From positions 1,504,001 to 1,568,000 of the forward strand of contig OZ244999.1 in assembly GCA_965223265.1 (NCBI GenBank): 64,000 bases of DNA, given 5' to 3'. Positions 41,850 to 52,200 of this stretch are shown piece after piece (the first letter of the stretch is position 1; each line of letters begins with the position of its first letter). Source of the stretch: Planctomycetota bacterium (GTDB taxonomy: Bacteria; Planctomycetota; UBA8108; SXIK01). The notes below the pieces were generated by a model. The model was not told the DNA's origin and ran no database searches. It saw only the letters and a list, made by a program, of their open reading frames with translations. Made by a program: the position numbers and the translations under genes.

Positions 41850-43407
41850 GACCTGAGTCCTCGTCGATTGCCTGCAGCGGGAAGATCTCGGAGCGCGTGT
41901 GCTGTGCCGCAAGGATTTTTCTCGCTTGCGCGACAATCTCGCTGTGTTCTCTCGCGATGTTGTGGGTTTCCCCCGGATCCTCTTCGAGGTCGTAGAGCTC
42001 TATCTGGAGGTTGCCGCTGTCGATCCCCTGACGCACAGCTTTCCAGCGGCCGAAACGAACTGACTGCTGGCCACCGTAGCCCTGAAACTCGCGATAGAGA
42101 AACGGTCGAGGCGGCTGCGGTTCGTTCCGTAGAGTCGGTGCGAAGCTAATGCCATCGATGCCAGCCGGCGCCGCGATTCCTACGATCTCCGCGATCGTTG
42201 GCAGGAAATCTTCGAAGCCGACGACGCGGTCTGTCGTAGTTCCCGCGATTGTTTTTCCAGGCCAGCGAACGACGAGCGGCACGCGGATGCCACCCTCATA
42301 AAGCGAGCCTTTCAGCCCGCGCAACTTGCCGACGCTAGCAAAGAAATCGTAGTCGACCTCCTCCTTGAGGTGCGTCGTGCCGTTGTCTGAGGTGAACATG
42401 ACGACCGTATTCTCTGTCAATTCGAGCTCATCGATGAGGCCCAGAAGCTTGCCGACTGATCGATCCATGTGCGTGATCATGGCGGCGTAGGCGGCCCGCG
42501 GCGTGAAGTGTGGTGTGTAGCCACCATCGGGACGAGTGAACGGTGGATCGTGCCAGCCGAGTGCGAGATAGGGTGACAGATGCTCCTGCGGGATATGCAG
42601 TGCGAGGTGAGGGATGACCGTTGGATAGAAGAGAAAGAACGGGCGGTCTTTGTTGTCGCGGACGAACTTCAGCGCGGCGTCGCGAATGCGATCTGGCGCG
42701 TAGTCTGACCCTTGAAAACTTGCGTAGCTCTTCGGGTCATTTGGTGGCGCGCCCGCAGGCAGCGATGCATGGCCGGGGACTGAAGGGGTGTTCTCCAGTG
42801 CGACGCGCTGCTGGTCGCTCCAAAGATACGACGGATAGTAGCTATGAGCGTGGCGCTGGCAGTTGTATCCGAAAAAGCGCTGAAATCCTTGGCGCAGCGG
42901 ATCGCCTTCCGATTGCGGTGGCCCGAGGCCCCATTTGCCGAAAGCACCGCTTGTGTAACCCGCGCTTGCGAGCGTTTCTGCAACCGTCACTTCCTGGCTC
43001 GGAAGCGGGGTCTGCCCTTCCGGTCGCTCCGCACGATTGTTACGGATCCACGCATGACCGGGATGCTTCCCAGTCATGAGCACGCATCGCGACGGTGCGC
43101 ACACCGCGTTTCCCGAGTAGGCCTGTGTGAAGCGCAGGCCACTCGAAGCGAGACGATCGATGTTGGGTGTGCGGATCTTCTTCTGGCCATAGCAACCCAG
43201 CTCGCGATAGCCGAGATCGTCGGCGACGATGAGGACAACATTCGGCGGTCGCACGTCAGGGAGTGCTCGCGGCGTCACGAGGAGAAGGAGCGTCCACAGA
43301 ATAGAGAAGAAGGTCGCGATCGCTGGCTCGTCCTCGAAGCGCTGCCTCAGTCTGAGAGGAAGCGGCGACGAGCGGGAGTCGTGCGAATTGAGCTGTGTTC
43401 GGTGCAT
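41833..43407 (-). CDS. Arylsulfatase (Cys-type sulfatase)
   Basis: PPNVVLIVADDLGY, CAPSRCVLMTGKH, GKWGLG, SDNG, YEGGIRVP, ELYDLEEDPGE. Start uncertain. Confidence 0.95.
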   Translation of the reverse strand: MHRTQLNSHDSRSSPLPLRLRQRFEDEPAIATFFSILWTLLLLVTPRALPDVRPPNVVLIVADDLGYRELGCYGQKKIRTPNIDRLASSGLRFTQAYSGNAVCAPSRCVLMTGKHPGHAWIRNNRAERPEGQTPLPSQEVTVAETLASAGYTSGAFGKWGLGPPQSEGDPLRQGFQRFFGYNCQRHAHSYYPSYLWSDQQRVALENTPSVPGHASLPAGAPPNDPKSYASFQGSDYAPDRIRDAALKFVRDNKDRPFFLFYPTVIPHLALHIPQEHLSPYLALGWHDPPFTRPDGGYTPHFTPRAAYAAMITHMDRSVGKLLGLIDELELTENTVVMFTSDNGTTHLKEEVDYDFFASVGKLRGLKGSLYEGGIRVPLVVRWPGKTIAGTTTDRVVGFEDFLPTIAEIVGIAAPAGIDGISFAPTLRNEPQPPRPFLYREFQGYGGQQSVRFGRWKAVRQGIDSGNLQIELYDLEEDPGETHNIAREHSEIVAQARKILAAQHTRSEIFPLQAIDEDSGRGTDR

Positions 43408-43492
43408 CTCTGGCTCTGTTACGCTTTTGAGCTCGTCATGTTTGAGGGAAACGCCCCTTCCGCACAGTGGAGGCGCATAGGGTTTTCTTTTT

Positions 43493-43590
43493 CTCTGCGC
43501 ACCTCTGCGTCCTCCGTGGTGAAAACTCTTTGGGACTCGATGTCACTGCGAGAAAGATGTTCACCGCAGAGTTCGCAGAGGAGCGCAGAG
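43493..43590. repeat. Inverted repeat made of CGCAGAG/CTCTGCG subunits at 9-10 nt spacing
   Basis: ctctgcgcacctctgcgtcctccgtggtgaa (43493-43523) versus ttcaccgcagagttcgcagaggagcgcagag (43560-43590); a degenerate partial arm also lies at 43461-43480. Confidence 0.85.
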
Positions 43591-43782
43591 TGAAAAGGTT
43601 GAGGTTTTGTGCAGCCATCGAGTCGAGCGGGTGGTGGGGTGAGGTGAACCAGCGGACTCACTCACACCAACACCCATATATAACGTCTCAGCGACGCCAG
43701 AAGTAGGCGTCGTTGCTGCGTTTCGATGCAGCTCGGTGGCAGCGGATTCCCCGCGGTGGCGCAATGCGGTATGCTCCACGCC

Positions 43783-45537
43783 ATGAAATCGAGCTCAAGC
43801 AAGAAGATGCCCTCCGTCGCGAGTTTCCGCCACGTCTTTCAGTCGATCATTTGGCCCCGTAGAGGTCGCATCGCGATCGGCCTTCTTCTCATCTTCATCA
43901 ACCGTCTCAGTGGGCTTGTGCTTCCCGGGTCGACTCGCGTCCTCGTCGACCAAGTGATTCCTGAAGAGAACTTGCGACTGCTCGGCCAACTGCTCGGTTT
44001 CGTTGGCGGCGCGATCATTTTCCAGGCGGTGTCGTCGTTTCTGCTGACACGATTTGTTGGCATCGAGGCGCAGCATCTCATCTCCGAGCTTCGCGCGCAG
44101 GTGCAGCAGCATGTCATCCGGCTGCCCGTGAGCTACTTTGACAGCACGAAGTCTGGCGCCCTTGTCTCCCGCATCATGACCGATGTCGCTGGCGTGAGGA
44201 ATTTGGTCGGTACGGGACTTGTGCAGCTCATCGGCGGCACGCTGACGTCGGCAGTGGCATTCTGCTTGATGGTACAAATCGATGCCTTCATGACACTGAT
44301 CGCGCTGATCCCGCTCGGCATCTTCGGGGTCGTCTCGATGAAGGCGTTTGCCGTTGTGCGGCCGGTCTTTCGTGAGCGCGGCGTGATCAATGCTGAAGTC
44401 ACCGGTCGACTCACGGAGTCCCTCGGCGGCATCCGCGTCATCAAAGGATTTAACGCCGAGGATCGAGAGGAACGCATCTTCGAGGCTGGAGTCGAGCGCA
44501 TCTACCAGAACGTCCGCAGGTCGATGACGGCGACGAGTCTGGTCACGTGCTCGGGCACTCTGCTTATGGGTGTCGTCAGTGTCATTCTCATGGGTTTTGG
44601 CGGCGAGCGCATCATATCGGCCGAACTGAAGATGGGTGAATTCGTCTCGTTGACCCTCTACCTCGGTTTTCTCGTCACGCCAATCATGCAGATGGCCAAC
44701 ATCGGCACACAGATCACCGAGGCGTTTGCTGGACTCGATCGCATGAACGAGGTGCTGTCGCTCGAGACGGAGGGGCGCGACCCGAACCGCACCATCGAAC
44801 TCAAGGAGATCGGCGAGATTCGTTTTCGCGACGTGTCCTTCGCGTACGAGAACGGAAAGGATGTGCTCAGAAGCATAGACTTCGTCGCGGCTCCGGGCTC
44901 GGTGACTGCGCTCGTCGGCAGTTCGGGTTCGGGGAAGACCACGCTCGCAGGGCTCGCGGCGTCGTTTCTGACCCCGTCGAGCGGCGTGGTTGAGGTCGAT
45001 GGGGTCGATCTGTCGCGTGTGACAGTCGACAGCTACCGCTCTCGTCTCGGCGTCGTACTGCAGGATGACTTCCTTTTCGAAGGGACCATCCGTGAGAACA
45101 TCCTCTTCGGTCGTCCCGATGCCAGTAACGAAGATTTGCTTGAGGCTACGCGCGTCGCGTACGTCGATGAGTTCACCGAGCGTTTCGATGATGGACTTGA
45201 CACCTTGATCGGAGAGCGTGGTGTGAAACTCTCGGGTGGGCAGCGGCAAAGAGTCGCCATCGCGCGAGCTCTGCTTGCTGACCCGACGGTGTTGATCCTG
45301 GACGAAGCGACCTCAAACCTGGATGCCGAGAGCGAGCGGTATATCCAGAAGAGCCTCACAGAGCTGATGCGCGGCCGCACCACGTTCGTCATCGCGCATC
45401 GCCTCAGCACCATCCGCATCGCCGATCAGATCCTGGTGATCGAAGGCGGTGAGATCGTCGAACGAGGGACTCATGACACACTGATCGCCGAGGAGGGGCG
45501 ATACCATGAGCTGTACACGTATCAGGCGCGTATTTGA
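43783..45537 (+). CDS. ABC exporter, fused TMD-NBD (MsbA/MdlA-like)
   Basis: Multiple TM segments, Walker A GSSGSGKTT, LSGGQRQR, ILDEATSNLD, IAHRLSTI. Confidence 0.95.
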   Translation: MKSSSSKKMPSVASFRHVFQSIIWPRRGRIAIGLLLIFINRLSGLVLPGSTRVLVDQVIPEENLRLLGQLLGFVGGAIIFQAVSSFLLTRFVGIEAQHLISELRAQVQQHVIRLPVSYFDSTKSGALVSRIMTDVAGVRNLVGTGLVQLIGGTLTSAVAFCLMVQIDAFMTLIALIPLGIFGVVSMKAFAVVRPVFRERGVINAEVTGRLTESLGGIRVIKGFNAEDREERIFEAGVERIYQNVRRSMTATSLVTCSGTLLMGVVSVILMGFGGERIISAELKMGEFVSLTLYLGFLVTPIMQMANIGTQITEAFAGLDRMNEVLSLETEGRDPNRTIELKEIGEIRFRDVSFAYENGKDVLRSIDFVAAPGSVTALVGSSGSGKTTLAGLAASFLTPSSGVVEVDGVDLSRVTVDSYRSRLGVVLQDDFLFEGTIRENILFGRPDASNEDLLEATRVAYVDEFTERFDDGLDTLIGERGVKLSGGQRQRVAIARALLADPTVLILDEATSNLDAESERYIQKSLTELMRGRTTFVIAHRLSTIRIADQILVIEGGEIVERGTHDTLIAEEGRYHELYTYQARI

Positions 45538-45564
45538 ATTGCGATGCTGCGCTCGACGCGCGTG

Positions 45565-45633
45565 GTGGACCGTGACACGGACGAACGGAGGCGGAGGCGG
45601 AGACGGAAACAGTGGGAGTCGGTCACGGTCCAC
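45565..45633. repeat. Perfect 12-bp inverted repeat enclosing CGGAGG-type hexamers
   Basis: GTGGACCGTGAC (45565-45576) and GTCACGGTCCAC (45622-45633). Confidence 0.7.
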
Positions 45634-45651
45634 GCCCACGCTCACAAGACC

Positions 45652-45681
45652 GGACGGCACACGGAGTGTGCCTGCTACTTT
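45652..45681 (-). repeat. GTAG-family REP-like palindrome
   Basis: Minus strand reads AAA-GTAG-CA-GGCACAC-TCC-GTGTGCC-GTCC, a GTAG foot followed by a perfect 7-bp hairpin. Confidence 0.75.
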
Positions 45682-45686
45682 GGGAG

Positions 45687-45752
45687 ACGCCCACGCAAAC
45701 GCCCACGCAAACGCCCACGCCCACGCAAACGCAAACGCAAACGCAAACGCAA
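45687..45752 (+). repeat. Hexamer tandem repeat (ACGCCC/ACGCAA) x11
   Basis: Directly visible. Confidence 0.92.
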
Positions 45753-45815
45753 CGCATCACGCCGTCGCGCCCGACTCCTCGTGCCGACGCCTACGCACCG
45801 CCGATCGGAGCTTCC

Positions 45816-46655
45816 ATGGCCATGAGCATCATCGACTGCCACGCCCACATTTATTCCCCGGACGAGAAACGCTACCAGCCGAAGGATGATCCGCTCCGCG
45901 TGCCTGGGGGCAAGGCGTCGATTGATGACTTGCGCAAGACGAGTCTAGAGCACGGCGTCGTCGCCGTCCGTGCTGTGCAGACGGTTTCGTTCTACGGCTA
46001 TGACAACCGTTACCTCTGCGACGCGGCGAAGGCGAACCCGAAGTGGGTTGCAGGGGTGTGCACGCTCAATCCGGACGACCCGCACAGTCCTGGCCTCATG
46101 GGGGAGTTCGTGCGTGAGTACGGCGTGCGCACACTTCGCAGCATCCCCGGGCCCAAGAGTAAGAGCTTTGACGACGACGGTGTGCGCGCACTCTGGAAGA
46201 CGTGTGCGGACCTCGGCGCCACCGTCGACATCTTCCTTATGCGACTTGAATGGGTCGAGGGCGCGGAGAAACTGCTGCAGGAGTTTCCCAAGATGACCGT
46301 GGGTTTTGATCACTGCATGGACCTCAAGCCGGGTCCTCTCTATGAGAAGACGCTCCAGGAGGTGCTGAGGCTTTCAAAATATGAGAACCTCTATCCGAAG
46401 GTCGATTTCATCAGCACGGGAACTCAGAAAGGGTACCCCGGCGAAGATCTTCACGAGGCTGCTCTGAAGATCATCGATACCTATGGATCTGAGCGTTGCG
46501 TGTGGGGGAGCAACTTCCCGAACGCCTTGTGGACTCCGAAGATGACCTACGCGGAGCACCTCAAAATCTTTACGCACGAACTGCCTTTGAACGAAGAGGA
46601 TCGTGAACAGGTTCTTGGAGGCACGGCGCGCCGGTTGTGGTTCCCGCATCTGTGA
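45816..46655 (+). CDS. Amidohydrolase family (Amidohydro_2) protein
   Basis: GGAG SD; IIDCHAHI, YGYDNRYL, DHC, YGSERCVWGSNFP, LGGTARRL. Confidence 0.92.
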   Translation: MAMSIIDCHAHIYSPDEKRYQPKDDPLRVPGGKASIDDLRKTSLEHGVVAVRAVQTVSFYGYDNRYLCDAAKANPKWVAGVCTLNPDDPHSPGLMGEFVREYGVRTLRSIPGPKSKSFDDDGVRALWKTCADLGATVDIFLMRLEWVEGAEKLLQEFPKMTVGFDHCMDLKPGPLYEKTLQEVLRLSKYENLYPKVDFISTGTQKGYPGEDLHEAALKIIDTYGSERCVWGSNFPNALWTPKMTYAEHLKIFTHELPLNEEDREQVLGGTARRLWFPHL

Positions 46656-46844
46656 CAGGAGCTGTGCGGGCATGACGGAGGTTCTTTTCGCGATTCTTCC
46701 GCGCGTGGCGGCATCGTAGTGTTGGGTTCTCAGTTGCAAGTCGGGTGCTGGAGAATCTGCGAATGGTAGCTATGATCGGGGAGATGACAACACGTGATTT
46801 CCACGTGCGATGCAACGAGACGTTCGTAAAGACAAGACGCTCCA

Positions 46845-48029
46845 TTGAGAATCCTCTTCCTAGGAACGCTGACGCCGCATCCCAGTGGGAGCGCCGTCAT
46901 GAACGGTCAGATCTTAACGGGGCTGGCGTCGCGAGGGCATCAGATCCAGGCCCTGGCTCCGTTTGAAGCAGAGGCGTACGAGCGCATGGGAGGACGCGCT
47001 GGCATGCTCGATGGCGTCGACGTGACGCCGCTTTTCGTCCCCTTTGCCCCGACGAGCATTCGATTGATTTCGGCGGAGTACCGCGAGTTTGAACGGCGCG
47101 AGGTCGAGTCGAAGCTGCCGGGCTTGATTGCGCGTGGCCGACCGCAGGTGGCGTTTTTTGGTCGAGAATCGTACGCCGAGTACCTACCGATGGTTTATTC
47201 TTATGGGTTGCCTTCGGCGCTGGTCACGCACTTCGGCGCTTCGCCAACGGATGCGCTGGAGTCTAAGTCCTCAGCATACTCGCAGGAACTCGGTGCACAC
47301 CTCCGGGAGGCAAGCGCTGTCGTTGCCGTCGCCGCGCATCAGGCCGAAGCGTGGCACCGGGTCGGGCTCCGCAACGTCCGTCTGATTCGTAACTCCATCG
47401 ATACTGAACTCTTCTCACCCACACCGAAGGATCGTTCGCTGCTTCGAGAGCTCCGCATCGATGATGACGCTGCTGTGGTTCTTCACGCCTCGAACTTCAA
47501 AGCCGAAAAGCGCCCCGGGGATCTCATCAGGTCAGCGGGCGTGGCGCTGCAGAGCCATCCGAGGCTGGTGTACATTGTCGTCGGCGAAGGCAATCTTCGC
47601 CGCGAGACTGAGACGATGTGCGAGCAGCTGGGGCTCGCGGATCGGTTTCGATTCGTGGGTTGGGTGAACCGCGAGACGTTCCCATCGTATCTCAGTCTTG
47701 CCGACGCGGTTGTGATGCCTTCGGAGATCGAGGCCCTGTCGTTGGCACTTCTCGAGGCACAGGCCTGCGGTAAGGTGGTTGTCGCGAGCGACATCCCCGG
47801 CTCGCGCGAAGCCATCGTCCACGGCGAAACGGGGCTTCTGTTTCGACTGGGCGACGTCGACGACATGGCGAAGAAGACGTTGCTCGCGGCGAGCGACCCG
47901 GAGCTGCGAGCGCGCATCGGCCGGCGAGCGAGAGAGAGTGTGTGCGCCCGCCCGCTAGCTCGCGTCGTCGATGAATACATCGAACTTTTTGAAGAGTTGG
48001 CGGGCAGAGCCGACGCGAATCTAGCGTGA
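46845..48029 (+). CDS. Glycosyltransferase family 4 (GT-B)
   Basis: IRNSIDTELF, EKRP, VGEG, MPSEIEALSLALLEAQACGKVVVASDIPG..EAIVHGETGLL. Confidence 0.93.
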   Translation: MRILFLGTLTPHPSGSAVMNGQILTGLASRGHQIQALAPFEAEAYERMGGRAGMLDGVDVTPLFVPFAPTSIRLISAEYREFERREVESKLPGLIARGRPQVAFFGRESYAEYLPMVYSYGLPSALVTHFGASPTDALESKSSAYSQELGAHLREASAVVAVAAHQAEAWHRVGLRNVRLIRNSIDTELFSPTPKDRSLLRELRIDDDAAVVLHASNFKAEKRPGDLIRSAGVALQSHPRLVYIVVGEGNLRRETETMCEQLGLADRFRFVGWVNRETFPSYLSLADAVVMPSEIEALSLALLEAQACGKVVVASDIPGSREAIVHGETGLLFRLGDVDDMAKKTLLAASDPELRARIGRRARESVCARPLARVVDEYIELFEELAGRADANLA

Positions 48030-48178
48030 TCCCAGCCACAAGACGATAAATGTGAGAGCTCGGCATGCGCGTCTCTCCCGGTCATCGGTCCTGGGTCCTG
48101 GGCGATGCCAGTCACTCTTAGAGTTCAAGATCTTTCGGTTGACAGGTCATGGCGGCGTGGGACCAGAACTCGGCTAGA

Positions 48179-49021
48179 TCAGTCGCTCTCCCACTTGGCG
48201 CGAAACTTACCGGAGATCGTCACCGTCTCGACAGCGGCCTCGTCTTCTGATGAGTAAATCATGTTCTCACCGGTGAACGTGCCTTCGACGTAACCGTCTG
48301 CGCCCACAGGGGAAAACTCGATCCGTAGCTGCGGTAGCTCGGCCTCCGAAAGCACGCTGATCGTCGGTGTGAGGCCGAAGACGAGGAGCGGGCCTTGCGC
48401 GTCCGTCGTGAGGTCGACAGTTCTCCCGAGAAGCTCCTCGGGTCGTTCGAGGTGCATGCGCCACTGGATGCTTGCCAGTGGCGTCTCGTCGTATTCCGTT
48501 TTGAAGATGTCGGATCCGAATTCGATCAAATGGTCGCCTTCCGCATTGATCGAGAAGCAGCCCAGTCGGATGTGTTCGAGCTCGTACTCCTCTGCCCCGA
48601 CGGAGAGACTCAAGTACGAATCGTCGCCGGCGAGCGAAACTCCCATCGGTCCAAGAAGTGAAAAGAGAAGGACCGCGAAGTAAGTCAGCTCGCACCCGAG
48701 AGGTACCTTCACCAGGTGTGGATTATTCTTGCCGGCGCGGTACACCGCATCTGGACGCAGAATTCCAAGGGTACCCACGACTCCCTCGTACGCGATGATG
48801 GCGCAGAGGATCCAGGCCATGAGGGAGAAGTTGGGCCAGAACACGTTCCACATCAGAATGGAAAGGAGAGCGAGCGTCACAACTACCAGGCCCGCACGCT
48901 TTCCCGTGTTCGCGCCTTGTTGTTCCTCTAAGATGTCGTCGCTGCTCCTAAGAAAACATGCCCGGAAGAGGGTTGAGACGAAGAGTAGGACGATGGGGAG
49001 AACGATGAACTTATCGGGCAT
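48179..49021 (-). CDS. Hypothetical membrane protein (about 4 TM segments plus a soluble C-terminal domain)
   Basis: AAGGAG SD and ATG 49021; hydrophobic N-terminal half, acidic beta-rich C-terminal half; no family recognised. Confidence 0.65.
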   Translation of the reverse strand: MPDKFIVLPIVLLFVSTLFRACFLRSSDDILEEQQGANTGKRAGLVVVTLALLSILMWNVFWPNFSLMAWILCAIIAYEGVVGTLGILRPDAVYRAGKNNPHLVKVPLGCELTYFAVLLFSLLGPMGVSLAGDDSYLSLSVGAEEYELEHIRLGCFSINAEGDHLIEFGSDIFKTEYDETPLASIQWRMHLERPEELLGRTVDLTTDAQGPLLVFGLTPTISVLSEAELPQLRIEFSPVGADGYVEGTFTGENMIYSSEDEAAVETVTISGKFRAKWESD

Positions 49022-49278
49022 GGGTGGCTCCTTTGCCGTCGCGGGTAACGCAACCCGCTCGCCGCGGTCGATCTGGACGCAAAGAGTCCCTTCTTTGTTC
49101 GCAGTGCTTTTCCAGTGATAGCTAGAAAACGGCAATGCAGAGGAATCTCTTGATCCATTTCTTGCGGCGGGCAGCCACTCGAGACCTTTTCGGCTCATTG
49201 GCGAGGGCGAGGAGACCTCTTGAGAGTATCTTGAGCCGCCTGCCGGCTATGCCAACTGCTCCGAATGTGTATACTCGA

Positions 49279-52200
49279 TTAGCCCTCTGACTTGAGCCAG
49301 GCGATCAGGTCGGCCATCGCTTGAGGGTCGAGGAGCTTTTCGACACCGTCGGGCATGAGGGAAACGCTCGAGCTCTCGAGGCGTGCGATTTCTTGGCGGA
49401 GCAAAACTTCGTCGGAGCGCTCTGGCACCTTCAAGCGGATGGTCGTGGGTGTTTCCTCGGCGATGACGCCGGTGAGGACTCTTCCGATACGCGTGATGGC
49501 GGTGTACTGAGTAAACTCTGGATCGACCTCCCGATTGGGATCGAGGATGCTCTGAAGTAAGAACGAAATCGGCTTTTCGCCGATGCTTTCGAGGTCGGGA
49601 CCGATCTGTCGTCCTTCGCCACGCAATCGGTGGCAAACTGCGCAGTGCTTGCGAAATAGAGCGGCGCCTCTGCCCGGGTTGCCGTTGAGCGTCTCGGCGA
49701 CGGCGTACTCTCTGATGACCGCATCGCGGTCAGCGTGTGCGGCGGTGAAGAGCTTTTGGGCTTTCTCACGAACCGTTGGCATGCGGTGTTGAAGCAGGAG
49801 CTGCTGCTGCGCGAGACCGATTTCTCCGGTTGAAATCGCATCGGTGGAGAGCGCATCGAGGAGCGTCTGCAGCCACTCCTCGCGCGTCGCAAGAACCGCG
49901 AGGACGGCCGTGCGTAGGTTCGGCGCATGCGTCTTCCAGCTGGCGAGAAGAATCTCCGAAACCTCCCGCTGTCCCGTACGCGCGAGCGACTCGACAGCGG
50001 CCAACTGCAGTGACGGTGGTGCCTGTGGGTGCAGTTGCTGGCCGAGCAACTCGAGATCTGCGCCAATTTCTGAGAGTCCTCGACCGAGAGGTCCAGCGGC
50101 GACCACGCGTTCCTCGACGCTCGTGTTTTTGCTCACAAGCGTGCGGCGCGCCGTAGCGTACAGGTTTTCAAGTCGTCGAATTGAACGCTGCAAATCCGGT
50201 CCGGACTGCTCGAAAAGCTGAGCGAGAGATGTGTCCTGGCGCCCCAGAGAATTCAGGAGAGCCGTCACCGCACGGAATTGCCACGCTGAGTATCGAGCCT
50301 GATGTCCGGTTGCGTCTATCGGTTGCGAAATCTCGTCGAGAGCAAGTGTCAGCGCCATCTCATCGCGTAGCGCGGCTGCGAGTCCGATCCAACGTTCGAG
50401 GATGCGGGCGGACGGAGCCTCGTTCCTGTCGGTGAGTAGAGCTGCCATCATGCTCGTGGCGTGAGGAACCGCCGAACTCATCACGGCCGTCTGCACGTCT
50501 TCGTCCTCGGGGTCGCGGAGAGCCAATCGAACGAGTGCCGGCCCGGCACGACCGTCGCGCCACTCACCGAGGGTGAAGGCGAGCTGGTAGCGCACGGAAA
50601 GATCGGGGTCGCCGACCGTGTCGAGAACAGCGCTCGCAAGCTCACGCCAGGGCGGTGAGTCTCTGGACGCGGGATCCTCCCAAAGTGATGCTTGGCGAAG
50701 AAAGGATTCGCTCAGCTTGAGCGCGTGCGACCGCAGAGAGGCATGTTCATCTCGCAGCGCTACGGAGAGAACCTCTGGCGACAACGTGTCGAGGCTATAC
50801 AGTACGTAGAGAGCCTGAAGGCGTGCCTCGGGGCGCATGCTCCGTCTCACGATCTCCTTGAGCGGCTCGATCGCCGCACGGTCGTTCTTCGTCACTAGCA
50901 ATCTCTGAGCCGTGTCGCGTTGCCAGCCATTGGGGTGTTCGAGAGCTGCCACGAGACCTGCGGTATCCAACTGATCAAGACGAGGCACCTGCCGCAGGTT
51001 CGCACACCGTGGGAAGACACGATAAATACGCCCGCGGTCATCGCCTGCACGGAAGTCAAGAAGCTCGCGGAGATCTGCCGGATAGTATTCTTCGTGCTCG
51101 ATGATCAACCGATACATGTCAACGACGTAAAGCGCGCCATCGGGACCGGTTTTTGTCTGCGTTGGACGGAACCAGTTGTCGGTCGAAGCGAGGAACTCGC
51201 GCTGCTCTTCGCCGCGTGCGCGCTCAGCTCGAAAGCTCACGCCGTCGGGCACCAGGTGCATGCGGCGGACGATGCTCTTGTCGACTTCGCCAATGAAGAT
51301 GTCGCTCTCAAACTCATCACCGAACAGCTCGTCGCGATAGGGGTTGAGACTGCAAGGAGCCGTCACTTGGCCCAGGGGTTGCCCCATCTGTGGCCGCGCC
51401 AGAAGCCGAGTGCGCCGGTGGATGCGCCTGAGAGGGAGCGGGTCGGCGAGGTCGCGGCGCGTGCGCGTCGCCGGTAGGTGCGGATTCCGCCTCAAATAGT
51501 GATCCGGCAGGAAAAAGTGCCAGCCCCAGTTGGCGTAGGTGTTACCGAACCAGTTGCCCCAGTCGTCGCGGTGGCGACCGAACTCGGTGACGCCGGGTTC
51601 GGTGACGAGCTCCCCGGTCTCCGGTCGGATACGGAAGTCGCGCCGATGGATGTCAACGATTTCGCCGGTGAGAAGCGACGTGACCTTGCCACCGCTTCCT
51701 CCACTGGCGCAGTAGAGCCAGCCGTCGAGTCCATACTCGAATCCGTTGACGCGGTGCTGCTGGTTGCCCAGGGCGAATCCGGTGAAGAGGACGCGCTGCG
51801 TGTCTGCTCTCCCATCGCCGTCGTTGTCTTCGGCGTAGAGGATGTCGGGAGCGGCGCTGATGAGTGCGCCACGGCGCCAGGGCATCACGCCGGAGGGAAA
51901 GTTGAGCTTGTCAGCGAAGACGCTCGAGCGGTCATACTTGCCGTCGCCGTCGTCGTCGGTGAGAACGCGGACGGCGCCGCCCGGCTCCCCCTTGCCATCC
52001 ATACCTAGGGGATAGTCACGCATCTCGACCACCCAGAGTTTGCCGTCGGCGGCCCATTCTATAGCGATCGGGTCCTGAACCAGGGGCTCGGCGGCCACCA
52101 GTTCGACCTGAAACTCCGGCGCCACTTCGATCGTTTGAAGCGACTCCTGCGGCGACAGTGGGGGAGGCAGAAGACCGCTCACGAGTTCGTCGAAGGAGCG

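Noticed and set aside
43795-45249. 484-aa antisense ORF, and similar long shadows such as 12652-13569, 12698-13522, 14686-15591 and 52222-53004
   Set aside because: They lie opposite well-supported genes and have no motifs; long shadow ORFs are expected in high-GC DNA.
45687-45752. Possible CRISPR array among the repeat regions
   Set aside because: No 23-47 bp repeats separated by unique spacers, and no cas genes anywhere in the window.
45612-45815. TQTPTQTP low-complexity N-terminus of the amidohydrolase ORF
   Set aside because: It is a translation of the hexamer repeat and REP; the SD and domain start indicate ATG 45816/45822.
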